IMG/VR virus record: IMGVR_UViG_2703718822_000001
Location: 1-13,094 of that record
Source: a virus
Taxonomy: Duplodnaviria; Heunggongvirae; Uroviricota; Caudoviricetes
Reading direction: 5' to 3' (one strand)
Length of the DNA stretch: 13,094 nucleotides
In this document: in pieces, positions 1-7,792 of the stretch
Layout: the number at the start of each line of letters is the position of its first letter
How positions within the stretch are numbered: the first letter of the stretch is position 1
Notes under the pieces: generated by a model
Databases searched by the model: none
What the model saw: only the letters and a program-made list of their open reading frames with translations
What the model was told of the DNA's origin: nothing
Made by a program: the position numbers and the translations under genes

Positions 1-318
1 ATCTTCAAACGCATACGAAGCCATAATTCGCATCACTGCCGGTTTTATTTCTGCCGGGAGTTTTCTTAACGCCGCCACGCGATCACACCGACTGAGTGCA
101 TATTCTGTCAGCAATTCTGTTGCCCGCTCTCTGTCATTCATACTAATGCCCATTTTCCCAAGGAACGCAGAAAACCCCATCTCAGCCCGATTCTGTGTCA
201 TGCCCTGCGCGGCCATCACATCAGTGATACTCAGCGCATCTTTTGACGTTGAGGCCGATGCATCAGTCAGGCCGGGGGATTTTGGGGAGTAGTATTTCGG
301 TAAATCTTCCAGTTTCAT
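1..318 (-). CDS. late-gene antiterminator Q (phage 82 / QuuQ-like), N-terminal ~106 aa; rest of gene lies beyond the window start
   Basis: Minus-strand frame opens with ATG at 316-318, overlapping the rusA stop as ATGA, and stays open to position 1. Translation MKLEDLPKYYSPKSPGLTDASASTSKDALSITDVMAAQGM... resembles the N-terminus of phage 82-type Q proteins as I recall them. Position directly downstream of rusA is the canonical Q slot. Not in the ORF track because it is truncated by the window edge. Confidence 0.7.
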   Translation of the reverse strand, partial: MKLEDLPKYYSPKSPGLTDASASTSKDALSITDVMAAQGMTQNRAEMGFSAFLGKMGISMNDRERATELLTEYALSRCDRVAALRKLPAEIKPAVMRIMASYAFED

Positions 319-689
319 TTTTTGACCTGCTCTTCAAGCATTATGGGGTAAATCTTCACCCCCAGACGTCCACCAGATACTGGCTGACCACGTACAATAT
401 TGATTTCATCAAACTGCTCGTCATCAATAAGCACTCCCGCATGCGTCAGCGCATCCAGCGGTGCTTTCAGAATATTGTCCAGGTCGCGACGACGCTTATC
501 CGGTGGCTCTGCAATAATTTTTATTGCCAGCCGTCCGGACAGGCTTAATTTCAGTCGCAGCTGGCGAACAATAAGCGCCACTGCCCGGCGATAACGCTCC
601 CCTGCTTTTGATACAAAATATGTGCTGCCACGGCGTCTCCAGTAAGTGTTCACCGTCGGCGGGTAAGGTAAAACCAAATCTATGAGCAT
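315..689 (-). CDS. rusA: RusA-family Holliday junction resolvase
   Basis: 124-aa ORF. Motifs PDKRRRDLDN and SGGRL match the RusA catalytic region (E. coli RusA has PDRRRRDLDN and KGGRL). RBS GAGGTG about 6 nt upstream of the ATG at 687-689. Sits in the nin-region slot next to Q. Confidence 0.85.
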   Translation of the reverse strand: MLIDLVLPYPPTVNTYWRRRGSTYFVSKAGERYRRAVALIVRQLRLKLSLSGRLAIKIIAEPPDKRRRDLDNILKAPLDALTHAGVLIDDEQFDEINIVRGQPVSGGRLGVKIYPIMLEEQVKK

Positions 690-701
690 CAGTCACCTCT
701 T

Positions 702-1751
702 TTACCCGAGCACGCCAGTCGCAAAGGCGTGATCAAGAAAACGAAAAATTAACTCAATCTGAGAGCCGTACTTTTTCTCAAACTCCAGCGGGTCTGCATG
801 AAGTTCGTTGTGGTGCTCCCGGCACAACGGTAGCGTGAAAATATCGTGGGCCTTTGTCCCCATTCCCCCCTGACCATGACCAATCAGGTGATGCGGATCG
901 TCAGCAGGCTTACCACAACACGCACACGGCTGTGTCTTTACCCAGCGCGTGTATTTCTCATTTACCCAACGGCGACGTTTAGGTCGCCTCATGAAAGATT
1001 CCGGAGACTCCGGATCAACGGCAATGCTGAGCACCGCCTTTTCCTGTGGTGAGGGTTGTTGCTGGTGGACGTGAGGCAACGGCGCAAGATTTTTTGTGCG
1101 CTGATTCAGTATGCTGGTGGCGGTCTGCTCTCCCGGTACGATGTCGCTCTCACGGTATACTGAGCGGATTTTTTCCGCTGGTAATCCCAGCGAACGACGC
1201 GCTACTGCCTCAGGTAGTGCATCCACCACCTGATTGCAGACCGCCCACCAGGATAATTCGGCCAGCGATAACTCCCTCTCCTGCGTACCGCTTATTGCGT
1301 GACGGATGACGTCAATCATCCAGGCAACCAGATTCTGCTGAGCAAGTTGCGCCAGTGAATCAGATGTCTGGTCGCGCAGCTGGTTGTCGCAGTGCCAGCA
1401 CAACACCATCGCGCCGGAACCGTAACGATGTATGACAGTTTCGCTGTGATGATAATCGCCATGTGACCACTGGCAGGATTTCACGTGACGTAATAACCAG
1501 TCAGACAGTGCACCAGCACCACCTACTGCACGAATTACCCGCTCATCGCTGAAAAATGGCAGTAATGATTTATCCTCAGCCAGCGGCTGGCGAACGGCAG
1601 GAACGACTCCGGACGACAGACCGCGCATGCTTTTCGGTTCCGGCTCCACCAGCACCCTGCAGCAATGAAAAACCGGCAGTGATTCGCGACCAGGTTTAAG
1701 GACCACCAGGCCAAGTTCCGGTACCAGAACAGGTCTAAGTAATATCCGCAC
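702..1751 (-). CDS. ydfU: YdfU-like prophage protein (DUF968 type) with C-terminal HNH-like Cys/His motif
   Basis: 349-aa ORF, GTG start with GGAGG RBS 5 nt upstream. C-terminal CACCGKPADDPHHLIGHG...LCREHHNELH looks like an HNH/zinc-finger nuclease motif; N-terminal half has a CWHCDNQ / HGDYHH cluster. Same length as K-12 Qin YdfU as I recall it, and adjacent to Q as in Qin. Confidence 0.55.
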   Translation of the reverse strand: MRILLRPVLVPELGLVVLKPGRESLPVFHCCRVLVEPEPKSMRGLSSGVVPAVRQPLAEDKSLLPFFSDERVIRAVGGAGALSDWLLRHVKSCQWSHGDYHHSETVIHRYGSGAMVLCWHCDNQLRDQTSDSLAQLAQQNLVAWMIDVIRHAISGTQERELSLAELSWWAVCNQVVDALPEAVARRSLGLPAEKIRSVYRESDIVPGEQTATSILNQRTKNLAPLPHVHQQQPSPQEKAVLSIAVDPESPESFMRRPKRRRWVNEKYTRWVKTQPCACCGKPADDPHHLIGHGQGGMGTKAHDIFTLPLCREHHNELHADPLEFEKKYGSQIELIFRFLDHAFATGVLG

Positions 1752-1752
1752 G

Positions 1753-2085
1753 TTACCTCCAGATGCGCTGCTGGAATGTGCGGGACGGACGCGGTGGGCG
1801 TTCGGAGTAAGGGAGTCTGACTGAGATTATCCAGTGACGGTAGTCGAGGCTAAGAGCTTTCTTAACCTCGTATCCGCGCCTGCGGTAACACTGAATTATC
1901 CATTCAGCCTGCTCTTCAGTGCATGGAGGATGCTGGAACCAGTCTGATTTGAATGCATGAGAACGCCGCCCGTGCCTGCAGGCAGGAGCGGCAGAGTTAT
2001 CCGAATTGTAAAATCTGGTATCGTGCGCCATCGGTTGTCTCTGCTGGCGCAGCAGGTGCCAGTTGTTCAGGCTGGCGTGTGGCAA
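1753..2085 (-). CDS. hypothetical protein (start uncertain; TTG at 2085 or ATG at 2029-2031)
   Basis: ORF-track ORF whose stop abuts the ydfU-like start, suggesting translational coupling. No strong RBS at either candidate start and no recognisable motifs. Confidence 0.35.
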   Translation of the reverse strand: MPHASLNNWHLLRQQRQPMAHDTRFYNSDNSAAPACRHGRRSHAFKSDWFQHPPCTEEQAEWIIQCYRRRGYEVKKALSLDYRHWIISVRLPYSERPPRPSRTFQQRIWR

Positions 2086-2129
2086 TATTGTCTCTGATTT
2101 CTGTTGTCGTCAACCGCTTCTGTGCTTAC

Positions 2130-2162
2130 TCACTTGATGAGTGAAACGATTAACTTTACTAT
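2130..2162 (+). promoter_or_regulatory. candidate sigma70 promoter with overlapping palindromic operator for the 2213-2548 gene
   Basis: -35-like TTGATG (2134-2139), 17-bp spacer, -10-like TACTAT (2157-2162). Palindrome TCACT-TGATG-AGTGA at 2130-2144 overlaps the -35. Confidence 0.35.
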
Positions 2163-2212
2163 TTACTTAACAGGTTTTTCCTGTACCACGATTCCCCATA
2201 CAGGAGGCCAAC

Positions 2213-2548
2213 ATGAGTGATGACAAAAAAATTGAGTTCAGCACCAGTGATGTGTTGAATGCTTTACTCCATCGCCAGCAGAACATGCAACACCTGGCGA
2301 CACAGGAAAGCGTTGATAACCTGCGTCGTGAGATTGATGGTCGATTCAATTCTTCACAGGACAACGTTGATAACTTCCGACGTGAGGTCGATAGTCGCTT
2401 TAATTCTTTGCAAAACCAGCTAATATCGGTTGATAAGCGCCTGGACAAGCTGGAAACCAAGTTTGATCGACTCCAGTGGTTTATTGTTGCTGCCGCTCTG
2501 GCTCTCATCTTCAAGGATTACATCTTCAGGATTATTGGTGCTCAGTAA
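2213..2548 (+). CDS. small tail-anchored coiled-coil protein with internal tandem repeat (moron; FlxA-position or XhlA-like architecture, family not established)
   Basis: 111-aa ORF with strong AGGAGG RBS 6 nt before the ATG. Two tandem 18-aa repeats (ESVDNLRREIDGRFNSSQ and DNVDNFRREVDSRFNSLQ) encoded by a diverged 54-bp tandem DNA repeat. C-terminal hydrophobic anchor WFIVAAALALIF. Convergent with the surrounding minus-strand operon; own promoter and terminator. Confidence 0.7.
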   Translation: MSDDKKIEFSTSDVLNALLHRQQNMQHLATQESVDNLRREIDGRFNSSQDNVDNFRREVDSRFNSLQNQLISVDKRLDKLETKFDRLQWFIVAAALALIFKDYIFRIIGAQ

Positions 2549-2550
2549 AT

Positions 2551-2578
2551 CCGGCCCCGTTTTCGGGGCTATCTTTTC
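2551..2578 (+). terminator. Rho-independent terminator
   Basis: Stem GCCCCG (2554-2559), loop TTTT, stem CGGGGC (2564-2569), followed by T-rich tail TATCTTTTC, immediately after the TAA stop at 2546-2548. Confidence 0.7.
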
Positions 2579-2733
2579 GCATCTGCATCAGACTTTCCAC
2601 CAACTTTTTATTGCCAGCTTCTGCAATCTACTCTACCTTATGTGCGTCAGAACGGCGCAATGCGCTCGCCTGAGATACGTTTACTTGCCATGGTAACAAC
2701 AGGTAACAGCAATTGTTGTTTCTGTTTTGTTTG

Positions 2734-2817
2734 TTATCCCCAGCGGCAAATCGAATACACCACCAGCGCCACCGCCATCGCAATTCCTACCGTTGTGAAT
2801 GCTTCAGGCCAGGTCAT
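2734..2817 (-). CDS. candidate 27-aa single-TM micropeptide, translationally coupled to the DUF551 gene
   Basis: ATG at 2815-2817 overlaps the DUF551 TGA stop (ATGA). Translation MTWPEAFTTVGIAMAVALVVYSICRWG, then stop. Below the ORF-track size cutoff; hand-translated. Confidence 0.3.
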   Translation of the reverse strand: MTWPEAFTTVGIAMAVALVVYSICRWG

Positions 2818-3371
2818 TGATTCACCTCCTGCGGCGGTTCTGGTAGCGGCATCCAGTGGGTTGCTTGCCTAAGATCATTACCCGGACTAACTGCTATACC
2901 TCCGCGCCGGAACGTGCCTCCGAGATAGCGTGCGGAATATATTAATGGCCCTGCCTCGCTATCGATATTCATCGAAATAAGCACGTTCTGGCTCTTTTCA
3001 GGCATTCGCTCAGTACAGCTTATCCAGCCATCCGGAGTTATCGGAGATCTGGTTGACGTTTCCGAGATTTCCCGAAAATTGTTGGTTGACGAATTCTTAT
3101 TTTCCCGAAAGTTTCCGGCCTGAAGCATGGCGACGCGGCAGGCGTTCCAGCCATCAGCATATGTTTTAGTTACACCGTCGAGATGGCAGGTAAGCAAATC
3201 CATTTCATCAGGCACTACCATTGCTATCGGCTCTGCTTCCAGTGATGCCAGCGCGATACGAAACACATTAGCCAGCAGGCTGTCTGAAGACTTGTTATCG
3301 TGCGCCGAGTCGCTCAGGAAGCCTGTGATGTATGATTTAATCTCCGCGCGTTCTCTGGTAATAGTGCTCAT
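2814..3371 (-). CDS. DUF551-domain phage protein
   Basis: 185-aa ORF with AGGAA RBS 8 nt upstream of the ATG. C-terminal W/P-rich signature DGWISCTERMPE...THWMPLPEPP, typical of the lambdoid DUF551 domain as I recall it. Confidence 0.65.
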   Translation of the reverse strand: MSTITRERAEIKSYITGFLSDSAHDNKSSDSLLANVFRIALASLEAEPIAMVVPDEMDLLTCHLDGVTKTYADGWNACRVAMLQAGNFRENKNSSTNNFREISETSTRSPITPDGWISCTERMPEKSQNVLISMNIDSEAGPLIYSARYLGGTFRRGGIAVSPGNDLRQATHWMPLPEPPQEVNQ

Positions 3372-3717
3372 ATCAGTTTTCCTTATACGGATTAATTTTA
3401 TTGTGCAGTGCGCTGAATGATTCCCATGTCACATCGGTATATAGCTCAATAACTGGTTCAAATGTCCTTCCAATTATCCAGACCAGTAATAGCGGGGATA
3501 TCGGTATCATCAACACTATAAACAGAATGAAAAACAGAAACTCTGTTGTTCTGCTCTTTCGTGGGTAATTTTTTCTAAATAATGTTTCATTTCTTACCGC
3601 CCTTTCGGGCGGCCTCCTGATGTTCTGAGGGTGCAGGAATCCCTCCGGTTAAGGATTTAATAAAAATCGTTTCTGATTTAAATCTTCAGTATTTAGTTGT
3701 TAGTTGGTTTATCGCCT

Positions 3718-4029
3718 TTATGCTTCAGCCTTATTTCGCAACCAGACACAAACCGGGCCATCTTCCGTATCATGAATGGAACCAATAAACCAGCCATCGC
3801 CCTCTGGTCGTTCCGGTTCCCATGCTGAAATATCAGGGCCATCTGCGTCCAGGTTAAAATCATCTTCATCCATAGTGCAGATAGTCCACTGAAGATTATT
3901 TGCCTCCATCCACGCGTTAAATTCTTCCGTTGAAATATTCTCCCGACCATCACAGAATTTTTCATATTCAGGATGTGTCCAGTAGCCATATTCGTCACGA
4001 ACTACCGGCATTTCTTTAATTTCACTCAC
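3718..4029 (-). CDS. hypothetical acidic phage protein
   Basis: 103-aa ORF, GTG start at 4029 preceded by AGGAGG at 8-nt spacing (alternative in-frame ATG at 4009-4011). Acidic, Trp-rich. Start overlaps the upstream gene stop. Confidence 0.5.
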   Translation of the reverse strand: MSEIKEMPVVRDEYGYWTHPEYEKFCDGRENISTEEFNAWMEANNLQWTICTMDEDDFNLDADGPDISAWEPERPEGDGWFIGSIHDTEDGPVCVWLRNKAEA

Positions 4030-4249
4030 TGTTAACCTCCTGCAACGCTACACGATACGCCTTCTTTATCCACGCCTTACTGCCATATAATTTCGTCTTC
4101 ATAATAAACACACCTGCACGACTCGCCGATATCCCCGGACAGGTTAACAGCACAGCATCCACCACACGGTTATGCTTCCGGAACTCCATTACAGTACTGC
4201 TGATAAGCACCTGCCCCACCGGGCCGTAATCCTGATACAGGATTTTCAC
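4022..4249 (-). CDS. hypothetical protein
   Basis: 75-aa ORF, GTG start at 4249 preceded by AGGAGG at 8-9 nt; GTGA overlap with the stop of the upstream gene. Confidence 0.45.
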   Translation of the reverse strand: MKILYQDYGPVGQVLISSTVMEFRKHNRVVDAVLLTCPGISASRAGVFIMKTKLYGSKAWIKKAYRVALQEVNSE

Positions 4250-4500
4250 GCAGACACCCTCCTGTCGAAATAAACGTAGTTATTCACTGTGCGCAACGGC
4301 ATTCCGAATTTTCTGGCGATTTCTCTCCTCGACACGCCACGCTGATGCTGCTGTCGCGCCAGCTCAATATCACTCTGCGGATATTTTGCTGACTGGTGAT
4401 AATCACCCCGTAACATCATACTAATACCCAGTTCCCGCGCTTTCGTTCTGACCGCAGCCTCACTACGACCAATAAGCATCCCGATGCATTCCACCGTCAT
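4246..4500 (-). CDS. small DNA-binding protein with two HTH-like segments (NinH-like style)
   Basis: Chosen start is the ATG at 4498-4500 (MTVECIGMLIGRSEAAVRTKARELGI...). The ORF-track start at 4650 is a GTG that would overlap the upstream gene by 90 nt. Second HTH-like segment QRGVSRREIARKFGMPLRTVNNYV. Confidence 0.45.
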   Translation of the reverse strand: MTVECIGMLIGRSEAAVRTKARELGISMMLRGDYHQSAKYPQSDIELARQQHQRGVSRREIARKFGMPLRTVNNYVYFDRRVSA

Positions 4501-4559
4501 TGTTCCCGCACACTGCCGGAGTATCAGGATTTCCGCCCGGCACCACGTCTTCCAGCCAC

Positions 4560-5264
4560 TCACTGTTGCTGCTCTCTGGTGGTGGTAATATCCCGGAGAA
4601 TATCCCTGTGTTTGTTCAGTTCCCGCAGCGCGGCACAGACACGCTCCCACTTCTGGACATGACTTTTCGCCCGGCGCAGCTCGCGGTTAGCCACATTCAG
4701 CGATGGTAGAATCAGGTCATCTGCTTTCGTTTCGGTAAACGATGGCAGCGACTGCACAATGTCCGCCACAGTATCTGTTTTAATTTCTTCCTGTGTCGCC
4801 GCTTCCTGTACCGGTAACGCAACTCCTGCTGGCTGAGGAAAGGCTTTACCATCCGTTTCCGCTACGGATGCAGCTTCCGGCTCTGCCGGTAAATCAGCGC
4901 CCGGTATGCAGTAACGAAATTTACCACCCTGATTCACGCGAATCAGACGACCTTTGCTGATTGCCATCGCCAGTGATGAATTCGCCCGGCGGGAGGTAAT
5001 CCCGAACATTAACGCCAGTTCGTCAGCCGACTGAGGACCATGCTGTTCAATCGCGTTAATCAGCATCTCTGCAGTGGTTTTTGGGGCCTCTTCAGTTGCC
5101 TCACTCGTCAGCCACCACATCGACCCCTTGTTATCAGCTTCGCCACGACGCTTCAGCTTCCAGAGTTCGGTAACAGCATCGTCACGGCTGATTTCAAGAC
5201 GGGCTGCAATCTCGTGCGACGAGGCTTTTTTCAGTGCTTTCAGTGCGTCAAAAACGGTTTCCAT
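4560..5264 (-). CDS. hypothetical protein with tandem winged-helix-like N-terminal domains
   Basis: Start moved to ATG 5262-5264 ([13 protein letters not shown]...), which has a strong GGAGGA RBS 8 nt upstream and sits in the gap after the DnaC-like stop. Two consecutive wHTH-like segments, acidic/Pro-rich linker, C-terminal coiled coil. Confidence 0.6.
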   Translation of the reverse strand: METVFDALKALKKASSHEIAARLEISRDDAVTELWKLKRRGEADNKGSMWWLTSEATEEAPKTTAEMLINAIEQHGPQSADELALMFGITSRRANSSLAMAISKGRLIRVNQGGKFRYCIPGADLPAEPEAASVAETDGKAFPQPAGVALPVQEAATQEEIKTDTVADIVQSLPSFTETKADDLILPSLNVANRELRRAKSHVQKWERVCAALRELNKHRDILRDITTTREQQQ

Positions 5265-5286
5265 TAAATTTTCCTCCGGATAAAAA

Positions 5287-6039
5287 TTACTTCGCCACAC
5301 TCAGATGGCTGACATTGGGACGCCAGCTTTCCCAGTTAAAACTCACCCAGCGACCACCGTTCATGGTCATCCGGTCCATAATCCTCTCACCAAGAAGCGT
5401 GCTCATTGCGGCATGATTCAGGTTTGTCAGCATCCCGACACTGCGCAGTGATGCCGTCCGGCGATCAACAATCTGGTGCAGTACCACCTGCTCGTTTTTC
5501 GTCTCACGCTGGATGCCAATTTCGTCAAGAACCAGGAGGTCCACTTCGCACAGTTCACGCAAAAATTTTTCCCCTGACAGCCCGTCATCGTAGCTGGCAT
5601 GTAACGCGCTCATCACATCCGCCACAGTGACCACTATCACGGATTTACCGGCCTTCAGCAGACGATTACCCACAGCCGCCGCCAGATGATTTTTTCCGGT
5701 TCCCGGATTCCCGCTGAACACGAAGTTTGTATAACCGGTTATCATTTCCTCAGCGATGGATTTGGCCTGGCTCAGCGCATGTTTCTGCCCGTCGTTCCGC
5801 ACCTGGTAATTCGCGAACGAACATTTGCGGTGCAGCGGCTGGATGCCCGAACGGTTCAGGATTTTTTCCACCCGCAACTGACGATTCCGGCGGTTAATCT
5901 CCTCGCAGTATTTCCGGCCTTCGGCAAGTTGCCACTCGCGCCACTCCTCCGGCGTACAGTACGGCACGGTTGCGCGTTCAGAAGCCAGTCTGCGGATGCG
6001 TTCCAGAACACCAACTGCAACTGTCGCGATATCTTTCAT
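5287..6039 (-). CDS. DnaC/IstB-type AAA+ replicative helicase loader (lambda P analogue; YdaV-like)
   Basis: 250 aa. Walker [16 protein letters not shown] and Walker B-like DLLVLDEIG. Immediately downstream of the O-like initiator. Confidence 0.85.
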   Translation of the reverse strand: MKDIATVAVGVLERIRRLASERATVPYCTPEEWREWQLAEGRKYCEEINRRNRQLRVEKILNRSGIQPLHRKCSFANYQVRNDGQKHALSQAKSIAEEMITGYTNFVFSGNPGTGKNHLAAAVGNRLLKAGKSVIVVTVADVMSALHASYDDGLSGEKFLRELCEVDLLVLDEIGIQRETKNEQVVLHQIVDRRTASLRSVGMLTNLNHAAMSTLLGERIMDRMTMNGGRWVSFNWESWRPNVSHLSVAK

Positions 6040-6045
6040 GGTCAG

Positions 6046-7014
6046 TTACCCCCTGAAACCCGGTGGAATTTCAGTGTCCGGTTCAGAAATATGATTCACG
6101 CAACTCTGCGCAGGCCCACGCCCAAGACGAATGACCAGTTCATCCCATTTTTCGCGCAGTTTTGCCGGACTCATGATATTTTTTACCCAGAACGGATCCC
6201 GCTGCACCCGACTGAACATTTCACAAATCTGCCGGTGACTGCGGCCATCCAGCATGCGCATCATCCGGACATCGTTAGCCCATGTCGTCCAGTTTGGCTC
6301 TCTGGGGCGAGAAACCTCACCATCATCACTGGCTGCGTGTTCATACAGCGCAACAACACGCCCCCAGATCCACTGCGCACAGGTAATATCATCACGGGTT
6401 CCCCACTGTCGCTTCGGCACATTCCACGTATGCGCATCAGGGTGTTTATCCAGAAAGCGTTCAACCGGAGATGATTTTTTTTCGTCCGGAAGTGAAACGT
6501 CCGGACAAGAAGATCTTTTATCTGACGGATCAAGTTTTAATACTGACGGATCGGGGTCAATCATCGCCCCCCTAATCGGCTGTTTTTTATCAATGGTTGA
6601 CCCCTCAGAATTTGACGGGTCAACCATTGAGGGGTCAATATTTGACGGGTCAACTGTTAACGGGTCATTTTTTGCCGGGCTAATTTTTCTTTTCGGTTTA
6701 TATGCCTCACGCGCCGCCGCTGCCGCTGCTTCGAGTTTTTCCACATTAAGCCGATAGATATTGCTTACGTTACGCCCACCGATCTTACGCTCTTCCTTCG
6801 TCAGCCAGCCCTCTTTCGCCAGTTCTGCAATCGCAGATTTCACGGTGGATTCACTTCTGGCACCGATCTGACGCCGGATCGTTTCCATAGCAGGCCATGA
6901 CACCCCCTCGTCATTGCTGTAATCTGCAAGACGGGCCATTACTGCCACCCTTGATAAGATCATGCCAGTGAAGGCGCATCCTTCCCAGACAAGACCATGA
7001 AGCTTGCTGCTCAT
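6046..7014 (-). CDS. replication initiator (lambda O analogue / YdaU-like) with origin embedded in its linker region
   Basis: ATG at 7012-7014 with GGGGG RBS 5 nt upstream (the ORF-track start at 7029 is a GTG). N-terminal winged-helix-like domain, central D/P/S-rich repetitive linker (DPLTVDPSNIDPSMVDPSNSEGSTID...) that is encoded by the iteron DNA, then a C-terminal domain. Confidence 0.8.
   Translation of the reverse strand: MSSKLHGLVWEGCAFTGMILSRVAVMARLADYSNDEGVSWPAMETIRRQIGARSESTVKSAIAELAKEGWLTKEERKIGGRNVSNIYRLNVEKLEAAAAAAREAYKPKRKISPAKNDPLTVDPSNIDPSMVDPSNSEGSTIDKKQPIRGAMIDPDPSVLKLDPSDKRSSCPDVSLPDEKKSSPVERFLDKHPDAHTWNVPKRQWGTRDDITCAQWIWGRVVALYEHAASDDGEVSRPREPNWTTWANDVRMMRMLDGRSHRQICEMFSRVQRDPFWVKNIMSPAKLREKWDELVIRLGRGPAQSCVNHISEPDTEIPPGFRG
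6550..6706. repeat. candidate replication origin: iterons plus AT-rich region inside the O-like gene
   Basis: At least four direct repeats of (T)TGACGGGTCAA-like units at about 15-bp spacing (6611-6667: tttgacgggtcaacc / attgaggggtcaata / tttgacgggtcaact / gttaacgggtca), with further copies at 6553-6560 (ggggtcaa) and inverted at 6597-6604 (ttgacccc). Flanked by AT-rich ttttttgccgggctaatttttcttttcggtttatat (6667-6706). Confidence 0.6.
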
Positions 7015-7036
7015 AAAACCCCCGAACACCGTGCTT

Positions 7037-7462
7037 TTAGTGCATCACCACAGCATTCCCTGCCGGGCCGCCGCGATTTATCTGGTCATACAAAACGACC
7101 GCTGACGCAACAAAATCGTCGACATCCTTCACCAGCCGATCCCGCCGTTCGACAATCTCCCGGTAGTACTCAGAACTGTGACTGCGCATACGGGCCACCA
7201 GCAAAGGCGGCATCGCCTTTTCGATCGCCGGTAACAGAGCCTGAATTTTTTCAACAGCATCAGGGGTGTCTTTATCCAGCCAACGGAAAATTTTCTGGGT
7301 ATTACGAGCCAGGGCCTCAGGATGAGTGTCGTCGTACAGTTCCGGGAACGTCATCCCCAGTTCGAAATAAGTCCGGGCTATTTCAGCTGCGGGAACTTTC
7401 TCACCGTCAGGATATGCCCAGGCATTCATCGCCATGCGGATGTGCTCATGCTTGATTTTCAT
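7037..7462 (-). CDS. ydaT: YdaT-family protein (proposed CII-like regulator in Rac-type immunity regions)
   Basis: 141 aa, starts MKIKHEHI and ends ...VVMH, matching my recollection of Rac YdaT (about 140 aa). ATG overlaps the Cro-like stop (ATGA at 7459-7462). Third gene position as in racR-ydaS-ydaT. Confidence 0.55.
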   Translation of the reverse strand: MKIKHEHIRMAMNAWAYPDGEKVPAAEIARTYFELGMTFPELYDDTHPEALARNTQKIFRWLDKDTPDAVEKIQALLPAIEKAMPPLLVARMRSHSSEYYREIVERRDRLVKDVDDFVASAVVLYDQINRGGPAGNAVVMH

Positions 7463-7713
7463 GAATCAACTCCCAACAGCTTTTTCGTAGTAGTTTTATT
7501 TCTGCCAATAGTTAAAATTGCATCGGCAGAAAATAATCCGTTTGATGCATGAGCGATTTTTTCAGCATAATTTGTTTCGCCGGTATATTCAGTGCGAGGC
7601 AATTTTCCGTTATCCATCCATTTGTAGATTGCTCTTTGGCTGACACCACAAACGTCGGCCACAACAGAAACGCGAACAGTTTTGATTACATCTTCAAGTG
7701 TTTTCTGGTTCAT
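7459..7713 (-). CDS. Cro-like HTH repressor (DicC/YdaS family)
   Basis: Start set at ATG 7711-7713 (MNQKTLEDVIK...), with GAGGGTG RBS 6 nt upstream. The ORF-track start at 7785 would leave only 8 bp before the divergent repressor gene. HTH segment VADVCGVSQRAIYKWMDNGKLP. Confidence 0.7.
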   Translation of the reverse strand: MNQKTLEDVIKTVRVSVVADVCGVSQRAIYKWMDNGKLPRTEYTGETNYAEKIAHASNGLFSADAILTIGRNKTTTKKLLGVDS

Positions 7714-7792
7714 ATCACCCTCACAATGTGAACTTTGAGTACACTCTATAACAGAACTGACAGTACATTCAAGAGCGAATATCATTGAACTT
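7714..7792. promoter_or_regulatory. divergent immunity promoter/operator region (PR/PRM analogue)
   Basis: 79-bp AT-rich gap between the divergent Cro-like and repressor starts. Repeated GTACA-core motifs: GAGTACACT (7737-7745) and AGTACATT (7760-7767). Confidence 0.6.

Noticed and set aside
243-548. 101-aa plus-strand ORF
   Set aside because: Antisense to the Q and rusA genes, which have clear family signatures.
2160-2200. Possible sigma28 (FliA) promoter upstream of the 2213-2548 gene, by analogy with flxA
   Set aside because: Only a partial match (CGAT core in the -10, 4 of 8 in the -35) to the TAAAGTTT-N11-GCCGATAA consensus. Not supportable by eye.
4501-4650. Longer 134-aa version of the 4246-4500 gene
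   Set aside because: Requires a GTG start and a 90-nt overlap with the upstream gene; the N-terminal extension is Cys/Gly-rich junk-like. ATG at 4498-4500 preferred.
5686-6474. 262-aa plus-strand ORF
   Set aside because: Lies entirely antisense to the well-supported DnaC-like and O-like genes; low-complexity translation with no RBS context. Antisense artefact.
6550-6670. CRISPR-like repeat array
   Set aside because: Repeats are 12-15 bp iterons without uniform spacers and lie inside a replication initiator gene. They are origin iterons, not CRISPR repeats.
7714-7785. Longer 108-aa version of the Cro-like gene
   Set aside because: Would leave only 8 bp between divergent starts and run through the operator region. 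ATG at 7711-7713 with a good RBS preferred.
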